A stretch of DNA of 64,000 bases, from the NCBI GenBank assembly GCA_947503965.1, contig CANNFU010000004.1:364654-428653 (forward strand), read 5' to 3'. The position numbers and the translations under genes are program-made. The notes below the pieces were generated by a model. That model did no database searches, was not told where the DNA came from, and saw only the letters and a program-made list of their open reading frames with translations. This document shows, in pieces, positions 20,639-30,161 of the stretch. Origin of the DNA: an uncultured Rhodobacteraceae bacterium. GTDB lineage: Bacteria; Pseudomonadota; Alphaproteobacteria; Rhodobacterales; Rhodobacteraceae. Position 1 is the stretch's first letter, and each line of letters starts with the position of its first letter.

Positions 20639-20905
20639 ATGTCACCATTATTGCTCCAAATCTTCGCCTTCATGCTTGTGACTTTCTTGCTGGGCATTGG
20701 CCTGGGCTGGCTGGTCTGGCGGTTTGGCCGCGCATCTGATCAGGCTCTCGATACGATGAAAACAGAGATCGACTTTTGGCGCAGCAGCCTGGAACAGTGC
20801 CGCCACGAGCGCGATAATGAACAAAAGGCCGTTGCTGTCTTGCATGAGGAAAAGAAAATGCTGAAGCGGCGTATCGCTTCACTTGAGGCACGCCCCAAGA
20901 CATAG
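20639..20905 (+). CDS. small membrane-anchored coiled-coil protein (hypothetical partner of the upstream OmpA-domain protein)
   Basis: 88 aa, with an N-terminal TM helix followed by a charged helix. Its start is 11 nt after the upstream stop, and it is followed by a strong terminator. Confidence 0.5.
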   Translation: MSPLLLQIFAFMLVTFLLGIGLGWLVWRFGRASDQALDTMKTEIDFWRSSLEQCRHERDNEQKAVAVLHEEKKMLKRRIASLEARPKT

Positions 20906-20928
20906 GCACGCGCTGGTCTTATCCAAAG

Positions 20929-20968
20929 ACAAACGGGCCCGACTGTGACGCAGTCGGGCCCGTTTGTT
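20929..20968 (+). terminator. Rho-independent terminator (15-bp perfect stem, T-tract)
   Basis: Hairpin AAACGGGCCCGACTG-tgacg-CAGTCGGGCCCGTTT followed by GTT. Confidence 0.7.
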
Positions 20969-21097
20969 AAGGTGGGATACCTCCTTGCGTCACTTTGCAA
21001 AATCCCTCTTTTCAACAGCCCGAATCCCCCCTATACGGCAGCCTTCATCGGGCTCGGACACCCTTGGAGGCGGGCCCCTACATATCGGAGAAATACT

Positions 21098-21754
21098 ATG
21101 GCTGGAAAGATCCCAGATCTGAACGCCACGGTACGCGCGGGGACAGGCAAGGGGGCCGCCCGCCAAGCTCGCCGTGATGGCGACGTACCTGGCATTGTTT
21201 ATGGCGGTGGGGCAGACCCACAGGCGATTAGCATCCCATTCAATTATCTGCTGACGAAACTGCGCAAGGGCGGCTTTATGTCGACGTTGCACAACCTCAA
21301 GATCGAAGGTCAGGAAGACGTGCGCGTCATCTGCCGCGGTGTGCAGCGTGACGTGGTCAAGGACCTGCCAACACATATCGACCTGATGCGCCTGAAGCGC
21401 ACAAGCCGTGTAAAGATCTTTATTCCTGTCGAATTCCTGAACGCGGATAAATGCCCCGGCGTGAAAAAGGGCGGCGTCCTGACGGTCGTTCGCAACGAAG
21501 TTGAGCTGGACGTTCTTGCTGGCGACATTCCGGAAAGCATTCAGGTTGATCTGTCAGCGGTCGAGATCGGCGATACGGTTTCGATCAGCAGTGTCACACT
21601 ACCCGAAGGCGCAACACCGGCGATCACCGATCGTGACTTTGTCATCGCGAATGTTTCCGCACCACGTGCGCTTCTGGCTGAGGATGACGACGATGGTGAA
21701 GAGGTCGCAGCGGACGAAGTACCGACAACCGACGACGAAGCCGCTGAAGACTAA
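21098..21754 (+). CDS. rplY: 50S ribosomal protein L25 / general stress protein Ctc
   Basis: It begins [37 protein letters not shown] and has an acidic C-terminus. A GGAG RBS lies upstream of the ATG at 21098. Confidence 0.9.
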   Translation: MAGKIPDLNATVRAGTGKGAARQARRDGDVPGIVYGGGADPQAISIPFNYLLTKLRKGGFMSTLHNLKIEGQEDVRVICRGVQRDVVKDLPTHIDLMRLKRTSRVKIFIPVEFLNADKCPGVKKGGVLTVVRNEVELDVLAGDIPESIQVDLSAVEIGDTVSISSVTLPEGATPAITDRDFVIANVSAPRALLAEDDDDGEEVAADEVPTTDDEAAED

Positions 21755-21792
21755 AGCAGCGTTCTTAAACGAACACGGATCAGGGCACCCAT

Positions 21793-21826
21793 CGCGGGTG
21801 CCCTTTCTTTTTGGGTTGTCGACATG
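21793..21826 (+). terminator. candidate intrinsic terminator/attenuator between rplY and pth
   Basis: Hairpin AGGGCACCCatcgCGGGTGCCCT followed by TTCTTTTTG. Confidence 0.55.
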
Positions 21827-21919
21827 TTGCGATCTGCGCCCAGGCGCACTGCATCTGCGCGATCCTGTCTTTTGCCGACATGGCTGGCGCTGCACTGCGG
21901 CATGAGATAAGTTGCGCCC

Positions 21920-22594
21920 ATGAAGTTACTTGTAGGTCTTGGCAATCCCGGCGCAAAATACGCGCAAAACCGTCATAATATCGGTTTCATGGCGATGGAT
22001 CGCATCGCCGCCGATCATGATTTCAGCGCGTGGCGGTCAAAATTTCAGGGGCAGATCGCCGAGGGGCGTTTTGGATCGGAAAAGGTGACATTACTGAAAC
22101 CGGAAACGTTCATGAACCTTTCCGGTCAGTCGGTGGGTGAAGCGATGCGATATCTCAAGCTCTCTCCCGGTGACATAATCGTCTTTCATGACGAAATTGA
22201 TCTGGCACCAGGCAAGGTCCGCCTGAAAACCGGTGGCGGGCATGCGGGGCATAACGGGTTGCGGTCGATCCATGGACACATCGGACCGGATTATGACCGG
22301 GTCCGGCTGGGTGTGGGACATCCGGGCCACAAAGATGCGGTGCCAGGTTATGTCCTGCGCGATTTCCCCAAAGCGGACGCAGCATGGCTGGATGATGAAA
22401 TGCGTGGGATCAGCGATGGCGTTGCGGATCTGGTTGCCGGGGATGGTCCGAAATTCCTCAACGCCATTGCCTTGCGCGTGGCGCCGCCTCGCTCATCCAC
22501 CACAGCAAAAAGGACAACACCTGCAATACCCGCGACAGAGCCGGAACCAGATACACGGTCGGCGATGCAAAAACTGGTGGACCGGTTTCGCTAG
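21920..22594 (+). CDS. pth: peptidyl-tRNA hydrolase
   Basis: It begins MKLLVGLGNPGAKYAQNRHNIGFM, the canonical Pth N-terminus. Confidence 0.9.
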   Translation: MKLLVGLGNPGAKYAQNRHNIGFMAMDRIAADHDFSAWRSKFQGQIAEGRFGSEKVTLLKPETFMNLSGQSVGEAMRYLKLSPGDIIVFHDEIDLAPGKVRLKTGGGHAGHNGLRSIHGHIGPDYDRVRLGVGHPGHKDAVPGYVLRDFPKADAAWLDDEMRGISDGVADLVAGDGPKFLNAIALRVAPPRSSTTAKRTTPAIPATEPEPDTRSAMQKLVDRFR

Positions 22595-22662
22595 CGCCTG
22601 ATCACATATCTGACGCCCTGAAGTTTCAGGCGCGCGCTTGTGAAAGCCTTGGCTCGCCCTTC

Positions 22663-23622
22663 ATGGGGCAGTTAATCGGGCTGTTGGCGACGCGTGAATG
22701 GCCCGCGGGCAAGGTCCGCGACAGGGTCTTTGGCTGGCAGGGAGACCTTAGCCCACGTGGCCAATCAGTGACGCTGCGGCTGACGGGCGCACTGCATGCC
22801 TTGCGTCTGAAGGGGCATGAAAGCCTTGATGCGGTCTATCCGCCTGCGCAGGTGACCGATGATGTTTTGTGGAACGCGGTCAGCGACACGCTTGTCAGCG
22901 ACGCCGACACAATCGACCGCTGGCTTGATAGTGCACCGCAAACGAACGAGGTACGCCGCGCTGCGACCCTGATCGCAATCGGGCATTGGCTGACAGACCG
23001 TTTCGGCCTGCCGATCCGCACCTCCGAACTGGGGGCCAGCGGCGGATTGAACCTGCATTGGGATGCTTACGGGCTGGCAATTGGCGATCACATTTACGGG
23101 GCGCAAACCCCTGCCCTGGCGCTGACGCCGACTTGGGAGGGTCCTTTGCCCCCTATCGCCACGCCGGTGGTGGCTGAACGTGCCGGTGTTGATCTGAATC
23201 CGCTGGACCCGACCAACCCCGACGATGCGCTACGTCTGCGGGCCTATCTGTGGCCAGATCAGCCGCACCGCATGGATCTGACCCTTGCCGCGATCAAGGC
23301 GGCGACGACCCGTGTTGCAGGGGGTGATGGCGTGGATTGGCTAAAGACCCGGATGGCCCATGTCCCGGGCCAGTTGCACATGATCTACACGACTGTCGCA
23401 TGGCAATATTTCCCCCCCGAAAAGCAGGCAGAAGGCATCGCCCTGATCGAAGCGGCAGGTGCGTCTGCGACCAAGGACACACCACTGGCCTGGTTTGGCA
23501 TGGAAAATGATGGCGGGGAACGCGGTGCGGCGCTGACTTTGCGTTTGTGGCCGGGCGACCTGCGGTTGGATTTCGGACGTGCGGACTTTCACGGACGCTG
23601 GGTTGCCTGGCGCAATCCTTAG
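22663..23622 (+). CDS. DUF2332-like hypothetical protein
   Basis: 319 aa. The frame is open upstream to the pth stop, so the true start may be a non-ATG codon upstream of 22663. Confidence 0.5.
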   Translation: MGQLIGLLATREWPAGKVRDRVFGWQGDLSPRGQSVTLRLTGALHALRLKGHESLDAVYPPAQVTDDVLWNAVSDTLVSDADTIDRWLDSAPQTNEVRRAATLIAIGHWLTDRFGLPIRTSELGASGGLNLHWDAYGLAIGDHIYGAQTPALALTPTWEGPLPPIATPVVAERAGVDLNPLDPTNPDDALRLRAYLWPDQPHRMDLTLAAIKAATTRVAGGDGVDWLKTRMAHVPGQLHMIYTTVAWQYFPPEKQAEGIALIEAAGASATKDTPLAWFGMENDGGERGAALTLRLWPGDLRLDFGRADFHGRWVAWRNP

Positions 23623-23701
23623 ATCGTTTTTGGCGGTCAAGACCCATTGCAAACCCGCACGGCTTCGCGTCATTCTGGATGCCACCACGAACGGAGTCAC
23701 A

Positions 23702-24868
23702 ATGCGCGCAGTAGCAAAATGGGTTTTGCGGCCGATCCTGATCCTGGCCGTGGTGCTGGGCGGATTGGCGATCTGGAAGCGTGAAGAGGTCACCAGACTG
23801 ATGGGCGTTCTGGATCTTTTCTCGGAAGAAAAGATCGTCAGCAACTTCTCGAACATGGAACAGATTTTCCTGCATCGGCAATTGCCCAGTACACGAGAGG
23901 CGCCAAGCCCCCTGCCCAACGGGACGCCTGCCACCTTGCCCCTAGAGGTAGCCGATTGGGTGGTGGACCGCAGCGTAACCGCACTTGTGGTTCTCAAGAA
24001 TGGCGCGGTGGTGTTTGAAGAATATTATCAGGGCACCGGGCAAGAGGATTTGCGCATCAACTGGTCAATCTCGAAAAGTTATCTGTCGGCCCTATTCGGT
24101 GTCTTGCTGGACGAAGGCGCGTTCGACAGTATCGATGATCCGGTTGTGAAATATGCGCCCGCCCTTGCCACGTCAGCCTATGCCGACGCGACCATCAAGG
24201 ATGTCTTGCAGATGCAATCCGGGGTCACCTTCGACGAAGATTATCTTGATTTCTTTTCGGATATTAACCGCATGGGACGGGTGCTGGCGCTGGGCCGGTC
24301 AATGGATGATTTTGCGATCAGTCAGGACGAAGCCTTTGCCGCGCCCGGCCAGCAATGGCAATATGTCTCCATCGACACCCACGTCATCGGCATGGTCATC
24401 CGCGGCGCGACGGGTCGCAGCATTCACGATCTGATGCGCGAAAAAATCCTCGCACCACTTAGCCTGCAAGCGGCTCCGTACTATCTGACCGATGGATTTG
24501 GAACGGCCTTTGTGCTGGGTGGGCTGAACACGACCACGCGGGACAACGCACGGTTCGGTCAGATGTTTGCAAATGGCGGGCGCTGGAATGGGCAGCAAGT
24601 CGTGCCCGAAGACTGGATCACGGTATCAACCCGCGCCAGCGCCAACACAGAACCCGGCAAGATCGGCTACGGGTATCAATGGTGGATCCCGGATGGGTCA
24701 GTACCCGGACAGTTTCTGGGGCGTGGTATTTACGGCCAATACCTCTATGTTGATCAGGTGAATAACGTGGTGATCGCGACCCATGGGGCCGATCGTCTGT
24801 TCCGTGAACCCGGCGTTCATGCGCAAAACGAAGCCATGTTCCGCCTGATCGCAGAAAGCCTGAACTGA
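23702..24868 (+). CDS. serine hydrolase, beta-lactamase/transpeptidase-like family (membrane-anchored)
   Basis: It begins MRAVAKWVLRPILILAVVL (TM anchor) and has an SxxK motif (SISKS). The ORF track start at 23579 is probably spurious. Confidence 0.7.
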   Translation: MRAVAKWVLRPILILAVVLGGLAIWKREEVTRLMGVLDLFSEEKIVSNFSNMEQIFLHRQLPSTREAPSPLPNGTPATLPLEVADWVVDRSVTALVVLKNGAVVFEEYYQGTGQEDLRINWSISKSYLSALFGVLLDEGAFDSIDDPVVKYAPALATSAYADATIKDVLQMQSGVTFDEDYLDFFSDINRMGRVLALGRSMDDFAISQDEAFAAPGQQWQYVSIDTHVIGMVIRGATGRSIHDLMREKILAPLSLQAAPYYLTDGFGTAFVLGGLNTTTRDNARFGQMFANGGRWNGQQVVPEDWITVSTRASANTEPGKIGYGYQWWIPDGSVPGQFLGRGIYGQYLYVDQVNNVVIATHGADRLFREPGVHAQNEAMFRLIAESLN

Positions 24869-24870
24869 CA

Positions 24871-25254
24871 ATGGAAAAAGACCCATCCTTCAATGTACTC
24901 GGCAGCACGCTCGCCCCGTGCTCCACCGCGCCGATGACCGGGTTCTTCCGGAACGGGGCCTGCGACACATGTGCCGCAGATCAGGGAAGCCACACAGTAT
25001 GCGCCGTGATGACAGACGAATTTCTCGCATTCTCAAAATATGTCGGCAATGATCTGAGCACACCGCGCCCGGAATACGGATTTGCCGGGTTGAAAGCGGG
25101 TGATAGCTGGTGCCTGTGCGCAAGCAGGTTCCTGCAGGCGCATGAGGAAGGCTGCGCGCCGCAGGTGAACCTGCACGCAACCCATGTGCGGGCGCTGGAC
25201 ATCGTCCCGATTGATGTGTTGCGCGTGCATGCGATGGCGGATGATCTATCCTGA
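24871..25254 (+). CDS. DUF2237 family protein
   Basis: 127 aa with the conserved Cys-rich DUF2237 pattern (GSHTVCAVMTDEFLAFSKYVGNDLSTPRPE). Confidence 0.65.
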   Translation: MEKDPSFNVLGSTLAPCSTAPMTGFFRNGACDTCAADQGSHTVCAVMTDEFLAFSKYVGNDLSTPRPEYGFAGLKAGDSWCLCASRFLQAHEEGCAPQVNLHATHVRALDIVPIDVLRVHAMADDLS

Positions 25255-25289
25255 CAGTCACACCCAGTCCCGTTGGCAAGGCGGCCGCG

Positions 25290-25718
25290 TTATTCCACCG
25301 TGATCGTGATCACCTCGCTCAGCACGGGTGGGTCATGCGGGACATGGGTCCAGTCGCCTAGCAGTAATTGCAATGTGTGGGTGCCGGTCGGCAGCTCTTT
25401 GGTGATCTGTGTCTGTCCTCCGCCGAAATGCACAACCTGATCAGTGGCAGGGAGACCTGCCTCCATGTCCAATGTGCCGGGGTCGGTGTTGATCAGCAGA
25501 TGATGATGCCCGGTATTGTCCATCTCGACATTTGCCGGTGCGACGCCCATGCCTTCAAGTCCAAAGACAATGGTCACAGGATTTGTCACCGTCGCCCCGT
25601 CGGCTGGCGAAATGATATAGGCACGCGCATCGGCAGGTGCCGCACTGCGATGCCCGTCGGCAAAGACCGCGCTTGCCGACAGTAACCCGGCGCATCCGAC
25701 CGCAAAAAAGAATTTCAT
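25290..25718 (-). CDS. DUF4399 domain-containing periplasmic protein
   Basis: 142 aa with a signal peptide and a GHHHLLIN signature. Confidence 0.65.
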   Translation of the reverse strand: MKFFFAVGCAGLLSASAVFADGHRSAAPADARAYIISPADGATVTNPVTIVFGLEGMGVAPANVEMDNTGHHHLLINTDPGTLDMEAGLPATDQVVHFGGGQTQITKELPTGTHTLQLLLGDWTHVPHDPPVLSEVITITVE

Positions 25719-26079
25719 GATACTCCCCCGTCTCAGGTTGTGAAATGATCGCTACTGTTCAACTAGCGCACGCAGCCGCAACAGCAACATTGACCACTTC
25801 ACCGGTCAGGCTGCTTTCGGATTGCAACCCCCGCGCTGATATCCCGCCTCCAAGGACCCTGCGAATCGGGCAGCGTATCCCCCGCACCATGCGAACCTGA
25901 CATCCGGCCAGCAGCGATAATCCGATCAGAAGGCGCCAATTAGTTCCAATCCATGCCGCATTTAGAGCGAAAAGAGGGGAAACCCGGTATTTCACGATGG
26001 CATCAAACTGCCTATAGTCTATTGAAAAGCGGTCACAAACGCGCATTACGTGATAAATACTGGTTGGGAGGCCAATACT

Positions 26080-26361
26080 ATGATCCGTTCCGAACTCATC
26101 CAGAAAATTGCTGACGAAAATCCCCATCTTTACCAACGGGACGTCGAAAAGATCGTGAACACTATCTTTGAAGAGATCACGAGCGCTATGTCGCGTGGCG
26201 ACCGGGTCGAACTGCGCGGGTTTGGTGCGTTCTCGGTCAAAAAGCGGGATCAACGCATCGGGCGCAACCCGCGCACGGGCGAGTCTGTGCAGGTCGAGGA
26301 GAAGCATGTGCCATTCTTCAAGACGGGAAAACTGCTTCGTGATCGTCTGAACGGCAATTAG
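26080..26361 (+). CDS. ihfB: integration host factor subunit beta
   Basis: It begins [33 protein letters not shown]..., IHF/HU fold. A GGGAGG RBS lies before the ATG at 26080. Confidence 0.9.
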   Translation: MIRSELIQKIADENPHLYQRDVEKIVNTIFEEITSAMSRGDRVELRGFGAFSVKKRDQRIGRNPRTGESVQVEEKHVPFFKTGKLLRDRLNGN

Positions 26362-26393
26362 AGGCTGTTCATTTCCGGCGCGAAATGCGCTAG

Positions 26394-26759
26394 ATGAGTC
26401 GTATGAAAACTATTCGCTATGCTTTTTGGGCCATCATTGGCCTTTGCCTGATCCTGATCGGACTGGCCAACCGTGACATTGTAACGGTCCGCGCCATGCC
26501 CGAAGCCCTGGGCGAGCTTTTGGGTCTGTCACCGGATGTACAGTTGCCGCTGTTTGTCGTGATCTTCCTTGGCGTTGGGGCCGGTTTGATGATCGGCTTT
26601 CTGTGGGAATGGGTGCGTGAGCACCGCATCCGGGCCGATGCGCGTGGCAAGGCGCGCGAGGTCGAGAACCTCAAGCGCGAAGTGCAACAGCTCAAAGGGG
26701 CTGCTGCTGGTGCAAAGGATGATGACGACGTTCTCGCGCTGCTCGAAAAGACCGGCTGA
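26394..26759 (+). CDS. LapA-domain (DUF1049) inner-membrane protein
   Basis: 121 aa with two TM helices and a charged C-terminal tail. It occupies the conserved position between ihfB and trpF. Confidence 0.65.
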   Translation: MSRMKTIRYAFWAIIGLCLILIGLANRDIVTVRAMPEALGELLGLSPDVQLPLFVVIFLGVGAGLMIGFLWEWVREHRIRADARGKAREVENLKREVQQLKGAAAGAKDDDDVLALLEKTG

Positions 26760-27406
26760 TGTCCTCTGATATTCGGGTGAAGATTTGCGGTCTGCGCGAT
26801 GCAACCGCGATGCAGGCTGCCCTGGACGCGGGTGCCGCCTATGTCGGCTTCGTGTTTTTTCCGAAATCACCACGCAGTATCAGTGTTTCAGATGCCACTG
26901 TTTTGGCAGCAAAGGTGCCTGTTGGTGTGGCCAAAGTCGCGCTTGTCGTCGACCCGGACGATACGCAACTGGATGAGATTACAAACCATGTCCCGATCGA
27001 CATGATCCAACTGCATGGGTCCGAGACGCCCGAAAGGATCGCGGCAATTCAGGCCCGTTACGGTCTGCCGGTGATGAAGGCGATCGGCGTCGCGGATGCG
27101 ACGGATGTTGCGCAGATCGATACATATGCCAGGGTCGCCGACCAGATACTTATTGATGCCAAGCCGCCCAAAGATGCAGATCGGCCTGGCGGCAACGGGG
27201 CCCGGTTTGACTGGAACCTGATCGCCGGACGTCGCTGGCCGGTGCCTTGGATGCTGGCAGGCGGTTTGACACCGGAAAATGTGGCTGAAGCGGTGCGCGT
27301 TACCGGCGCGCGCCAGCTTGATCTGTCGTCAGCGGTGGAAAGTGCGCTGGGCAAGAAGGACCCCGCCTTGATCAAGGCTTTCACAGACGCTGTGCGTGCG
27401 ATTTAA
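26759..27406 (+). CDS. trpF: phosphoribosylanthranilate isomerase
   Basis: It begins [21 protein letters not shown].. and has a TIM-barrel PRAI. Its start overlaps the lapA-like stop. Confidence 0.85.
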   Translation: MSSDIRVKICGLRDATAMQAALDAGAAYVGFVFFPKSPRSISVSDATVLAAKVPVGVAKVALVVDPDDTQLDEITNHVPIDMIQLHGSETPERIAAIQARYGLPVMKAIGVADATDVAQIDTYARVADQILIDAKPPKDADRPGGNGARFDWNLIAGRRWPVPWMLAGGLTPENVAEAVRVTGARQLDLSSAVESALGKKDPALIKAFTDAVRAI

Positions 27407-27438
27407 CCTTTCGTTCACCAAAAATATCCATATTTCTG

Positions 27439-27672
27439 GTGATGCATGGCGTCTCTGTTCATATCTCTCCGGAACGCTGGCTGCGTCAGATGTTTTCGGC
27501 GCAGGCCGCGCGTGATGGCGGGGTGATCCGGCGACAGGTGCAGGATGTGGAACGGCTGATCGGTCGAGATCTCTTTGAATCAGAGCTACGACGGCGCGGC
27601 TATTGCGCGGTCGAGAATGCCGGACAGTATGTTGTCTTTTGTAACGCCGAACCGCTGCGATTGATTAAATAG
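27439..27672 (+). CDS. hypothetical small protein (77 aa) inserted between trpF and trpB
   Basis: This is an ORF call only, with no recognisable domain. It is followed by a REP-like double palindrome. Confidence 0.3.
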   Translation: MMHGVSVHISPERWLRQMFSAQAARDGGVIRRQVQDVERLIGRDLFESELRRRGYCAVENAGQYVVFCNAEPLRLIK

Positions 27673-27673
27673 G

Positions 27674-27718
27674 CAAATTCCTTCGAAGGAATTTGACAAG
27701 GCTTTTACAAAAGCCTTG
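27674..27718. repeat. REP/BIME-like double palindrome (copy A)
   Basis: CAAATTCCTTCGAAGGAATTTG followed by CAAGGCTTTTACAAAAGCCTTG. A near-identical composite element lies at 49614-49657. Confidence 0.6.
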
Positions 27719-27801
27719 CGGCACCACCTGCGGCAGGCTGACGCTTTACCATTTCAGACGAAGAAGATACTGCTGGCTGGTGCAAAAAAGCAGGTGTTCT
27801 G

Positions 27802-29028
27802 ATGGCCAACGATCTATTCAACAGCTTCATGACTGGCCCCGACGAAAAGGGCCGCTTTGGTGATTTCGGGGGCCGTTTCGTGTCGGAAACCCTGATGCCG
27901 CTGATTCTGGAGCTGGAAGAGCAATACGAACATGCCAAGACCGATGACAGTTTCTGGGCCGAGATGCACCATCTTTGGACCCATTACGTCGGCCGCCCCA
28001 GCCCGCTGTATCATGCCGAACGGCTGACCGAACATCTGGGCGGCGCCAAGATTTACCTCAAGCGCGATGAGCTGAACCACACCGGCGCACATAAGATCAA
28101 CAATGTGCTGGGCCAAATCATTCTGGCCCGCCGCATGGGCAAATCCCGGATCATCGCCGAAACAGGTGCCGGCCAACATGGCGTTGCCACGGCAACGGTC
28201 TGCGCCAAGTTCGGGTTGAAATGCGTCGTCTATATGGGCGCACATGATGTGGAACGTCAGGCCCCCAATGTTTTTCGTATGCGCCTGCTGGGGGCCGAGG
28301 TCATCCCTGTCACCTCTGGCCGTGGCACATTGAAAGACGCGATGAACGACGCGCTTCGCGACTGGGTCACCAATGTCCGCGACACGTTTTACTGCATTGG
28401 CACTGTGGCAGGCCCGCATCCCTATCCGGCGATGGTGCGCGACTTTCAGGCCATCATCGGTCAGGAAACCAAGGAACAGATGCAGGCCGCCGAAGGGCGC
28501 TTGCCAGACACGATCATCGCAGCGATTGGCGGTGGATCGAACGCTATGGGCCTGTTCTATCCGTTCCTTGACGACAAGGACGTGAACATCATCGGCGTGG
28601 AGGCTGGCGGTAAAGGCGTGAATGCCAAGATGGAGCATTGCGCCTCGCTCACCGGCGGTCGACCTGGTGTGCTGCATGGCAACCGGACCTATCTGCTGCA
28701 GGATGATGTCGGGCAAATCCTTGAAGGGTTTTCGATCTCAGCGGGGCTCGACTATCCGGGGATTGGTCCGGAACATGCATGGCTGCACGATATCGGTCGC
28801 GCGGAATACGTTGCCATCACCGATGTCGAAGCGCTCGAGGCGTTCCAGCTTTGTTGCGCACTCGAGGGTATCATTCCTGCGCTTGAGCCGTCACATGCGC
28901 TGGCGCATGTGATGAAAATCGCGCCCGATTTGCCGAAAGACCATTTGCTGGTCATGAATATGTGTGGGCGCGGCGACAAGGACATCTTCACAGTCGCCAA
29001 ACACCTCGGTTTTGAGATGACAGGTTAA
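27802..29028 (+). CDS. trpB: tryptophan synthase beta chain
   Basis: 408 aa with a PLP-binding lysine context ([11 protein letters not shown]) and the GGGSNA motif. Confidence 0.92.
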   Translation: MANDLFNSFMTGPDEKGRFGDFGGRFVSETLMPLILELEEQYEHAKTDDSFWAEMHHLWTHYVGRPSPLYHAERLTEHLGGAKIYLKRDELNHTGAHKINNVLGQIILARRMGKSRIIAETGAGQHGVATATVCAKFGLKCVVYMGAHDVERQAPNVFRMRLLGAEVIPVTSGRGTLKDAMNDALRDWVTNVRDTFYCIGTVAGPHPYPAMVRDFQAIIGQETKEQMQAAEGRLPDTIIAAIGGGSNAMGLFYPFLDDKDVNIIGVEAGGKGVNAKMEHCASLTGGRPGVLHGNRTYLLQDDVGQILEGFSISAGLDYPGIGPEHAWLHDIGRAEYVAITDVEALEAFQLCCALEGIIPALEPSHALAHVMKIAPDLPKDHLLVMNMCGRGDKDIFTVAKHLGFEMTG

Positions 29029-29187
29029 TTTTCTATTAATATTGGTCTAAACTTTGGTTTAGGTCCGTCGTTCATGGGTTTAATCTGGTCTGTCTAAACC
29101 CATGATCCATGGTGATCGTCGCCTCTTCTTGCGACGACCTTTGGCAATGGTTCGCATGGTGCGAATCGACAATCAAAGGAGCATGTC

Positions 29188-29661
29188 ATGAAAAAAACGC
29201 TACTTTCCACCACCGCCATCTTTGCCCTCACCGCGACCACGGGCTTTGCGCAATCGATCGCCGAACAGGTAGTCACGCAATTACAAGCCGAAGGCTACCA
29301 GCGCATCGAAGTCAAGAACGGACCCAATCAGGTCAAAGTCGAAGCAATCCGCAACGGCCGGAAGCTAGAAGTCGTTTATGACGCCGCAACAGGCGCCATT
29401 CTCGATCAAGAGGTCGAGCCCGTCGATGATGATGACGAAACATCACCCGGGGTCGAGATCTCTGACGAGGATGAAGATTTCATCGACGACGAAGATGATG
29501 ACGAAGGCGACGATGAAGATGGCGACGATGATGAAGATGATGACGAAGACAACGATGATGCCGACGACGAAGACGATGATGAAGATGATGATAACGACGA
29601 TGATGAAGATGACGGCGATGATGCCGACGACGAAGACGATGATGAAGATGACGACGAGTAA
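29188..29661 (+). CDS. secreted PepSY-domain protein with about 80-aa poly-Asp/Glu C-terminal tail (paralog 1)
   Basis: 157 aa. A signal peptide (MKKTLLSTTAIFALTATTGFAQS) is followed by a PepSY-like beta-hairpin region (QVKVEAIRNGRKLEVVYDAATGAILDQE) and then a tail that is more than 90% D/E. Confidence 0.7.
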   Translation: MKKTLLSTTAIFALTATTGFAQSIAEQVVTQLQAEGYQRIEVKNGPNQVKVEAIRNGRKLEVVYDAATGAILDQEVEPVDDDDETSPGVEISDEDEDFIDDEDDDEGDDEDGDDDEDDDEDNDDADDEDDDEDDDNDDDEDDGDDADDEDDDEDDDE

Positions 29662-29676
29662 TCGACGTGGTATGGC

Positions 29677-30129
29677 GTGGTTATGATTAAGCGAGCAATC
29701 ATATGTCTTGCCGTGGCTGGGGCGCCGTCCGATGCGGTGGCCCAGTCAGTCCAGGATCACATCGTGCGGCAGCTGCGCGATCAGGGGTTTAGCGATATAC
29801 AGCTGAACCGGACATGGCTTGGCCGTGTCCGGGTCACGGCGGAACGCAATGACCTGCGCCGTGAACTGGTCTTCAACCCTCAAACCGGTGAAATCCTGCG
29901 CGACTATTGGGGCGATGACGACGATGACGGCGGTCCACAACTGTTCAATCCGGGCAATAGCGGCTCGGGTGGTTCAGGTGGCGGGTCATCCGGTGGTGAT
30001 GACGACGAAGACGATCGCGATGATGATGATGATCGTGACGATGACGACGAAGATGATGACGATGATGAAGACGACGATGACGATGAAGACGACGATGATG
30101 AAGACGATGACGATGACGATGATGACTAA
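29677..30129 (+). CDS. secreted PepSY-domain protein with Gly/Ser linker and poly-Asp C-terminal tail (paralog 2)
   Basis: 150 aa with a signal peptide and a PepSY-like region (RVRVTAERNDLRRELVFNPQTGEILRDY). A GSGGSGGGSSGG linker precedes a tail of about 60 aa that is almost pure D/E. GTG at 29677 or ATG at 29683. Confidence 0.7.
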   Translation: MVMIKRAIICLAVAGAPSDAVAQSVQDHIVRQLRDQGFSDIQLNRTWLGRVRVTAERNDLRRELVFNPQTGEILRDYWGDDDDDGGPQLFNPGNSGSGGSGGGSSGGDDDEDDRDDDDDRDDDDEDDDDDEDDDDDEDDDDEDDDDDDDD

Positions 30130-30161
30130 CGCCGACTGATTTCAAAGGAGGCGACACCCCA

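Noticed and set aside
25759-26307. 182-aa minus-strand ORF overlapping ihfB and its upstream region
   Set aside because: It is antisense to the conserved ihfB gene and its RBS, with no supporting features.
29431-30126. Tandem DNA repeats that might suggest a CRISPR array
   Set aside because: The repeats are 3-nt periodic coding simple-sequence repeats inside ORFs. They are not 25-40 bp direct repeats separated by unique spacers, and no cas genes are present.
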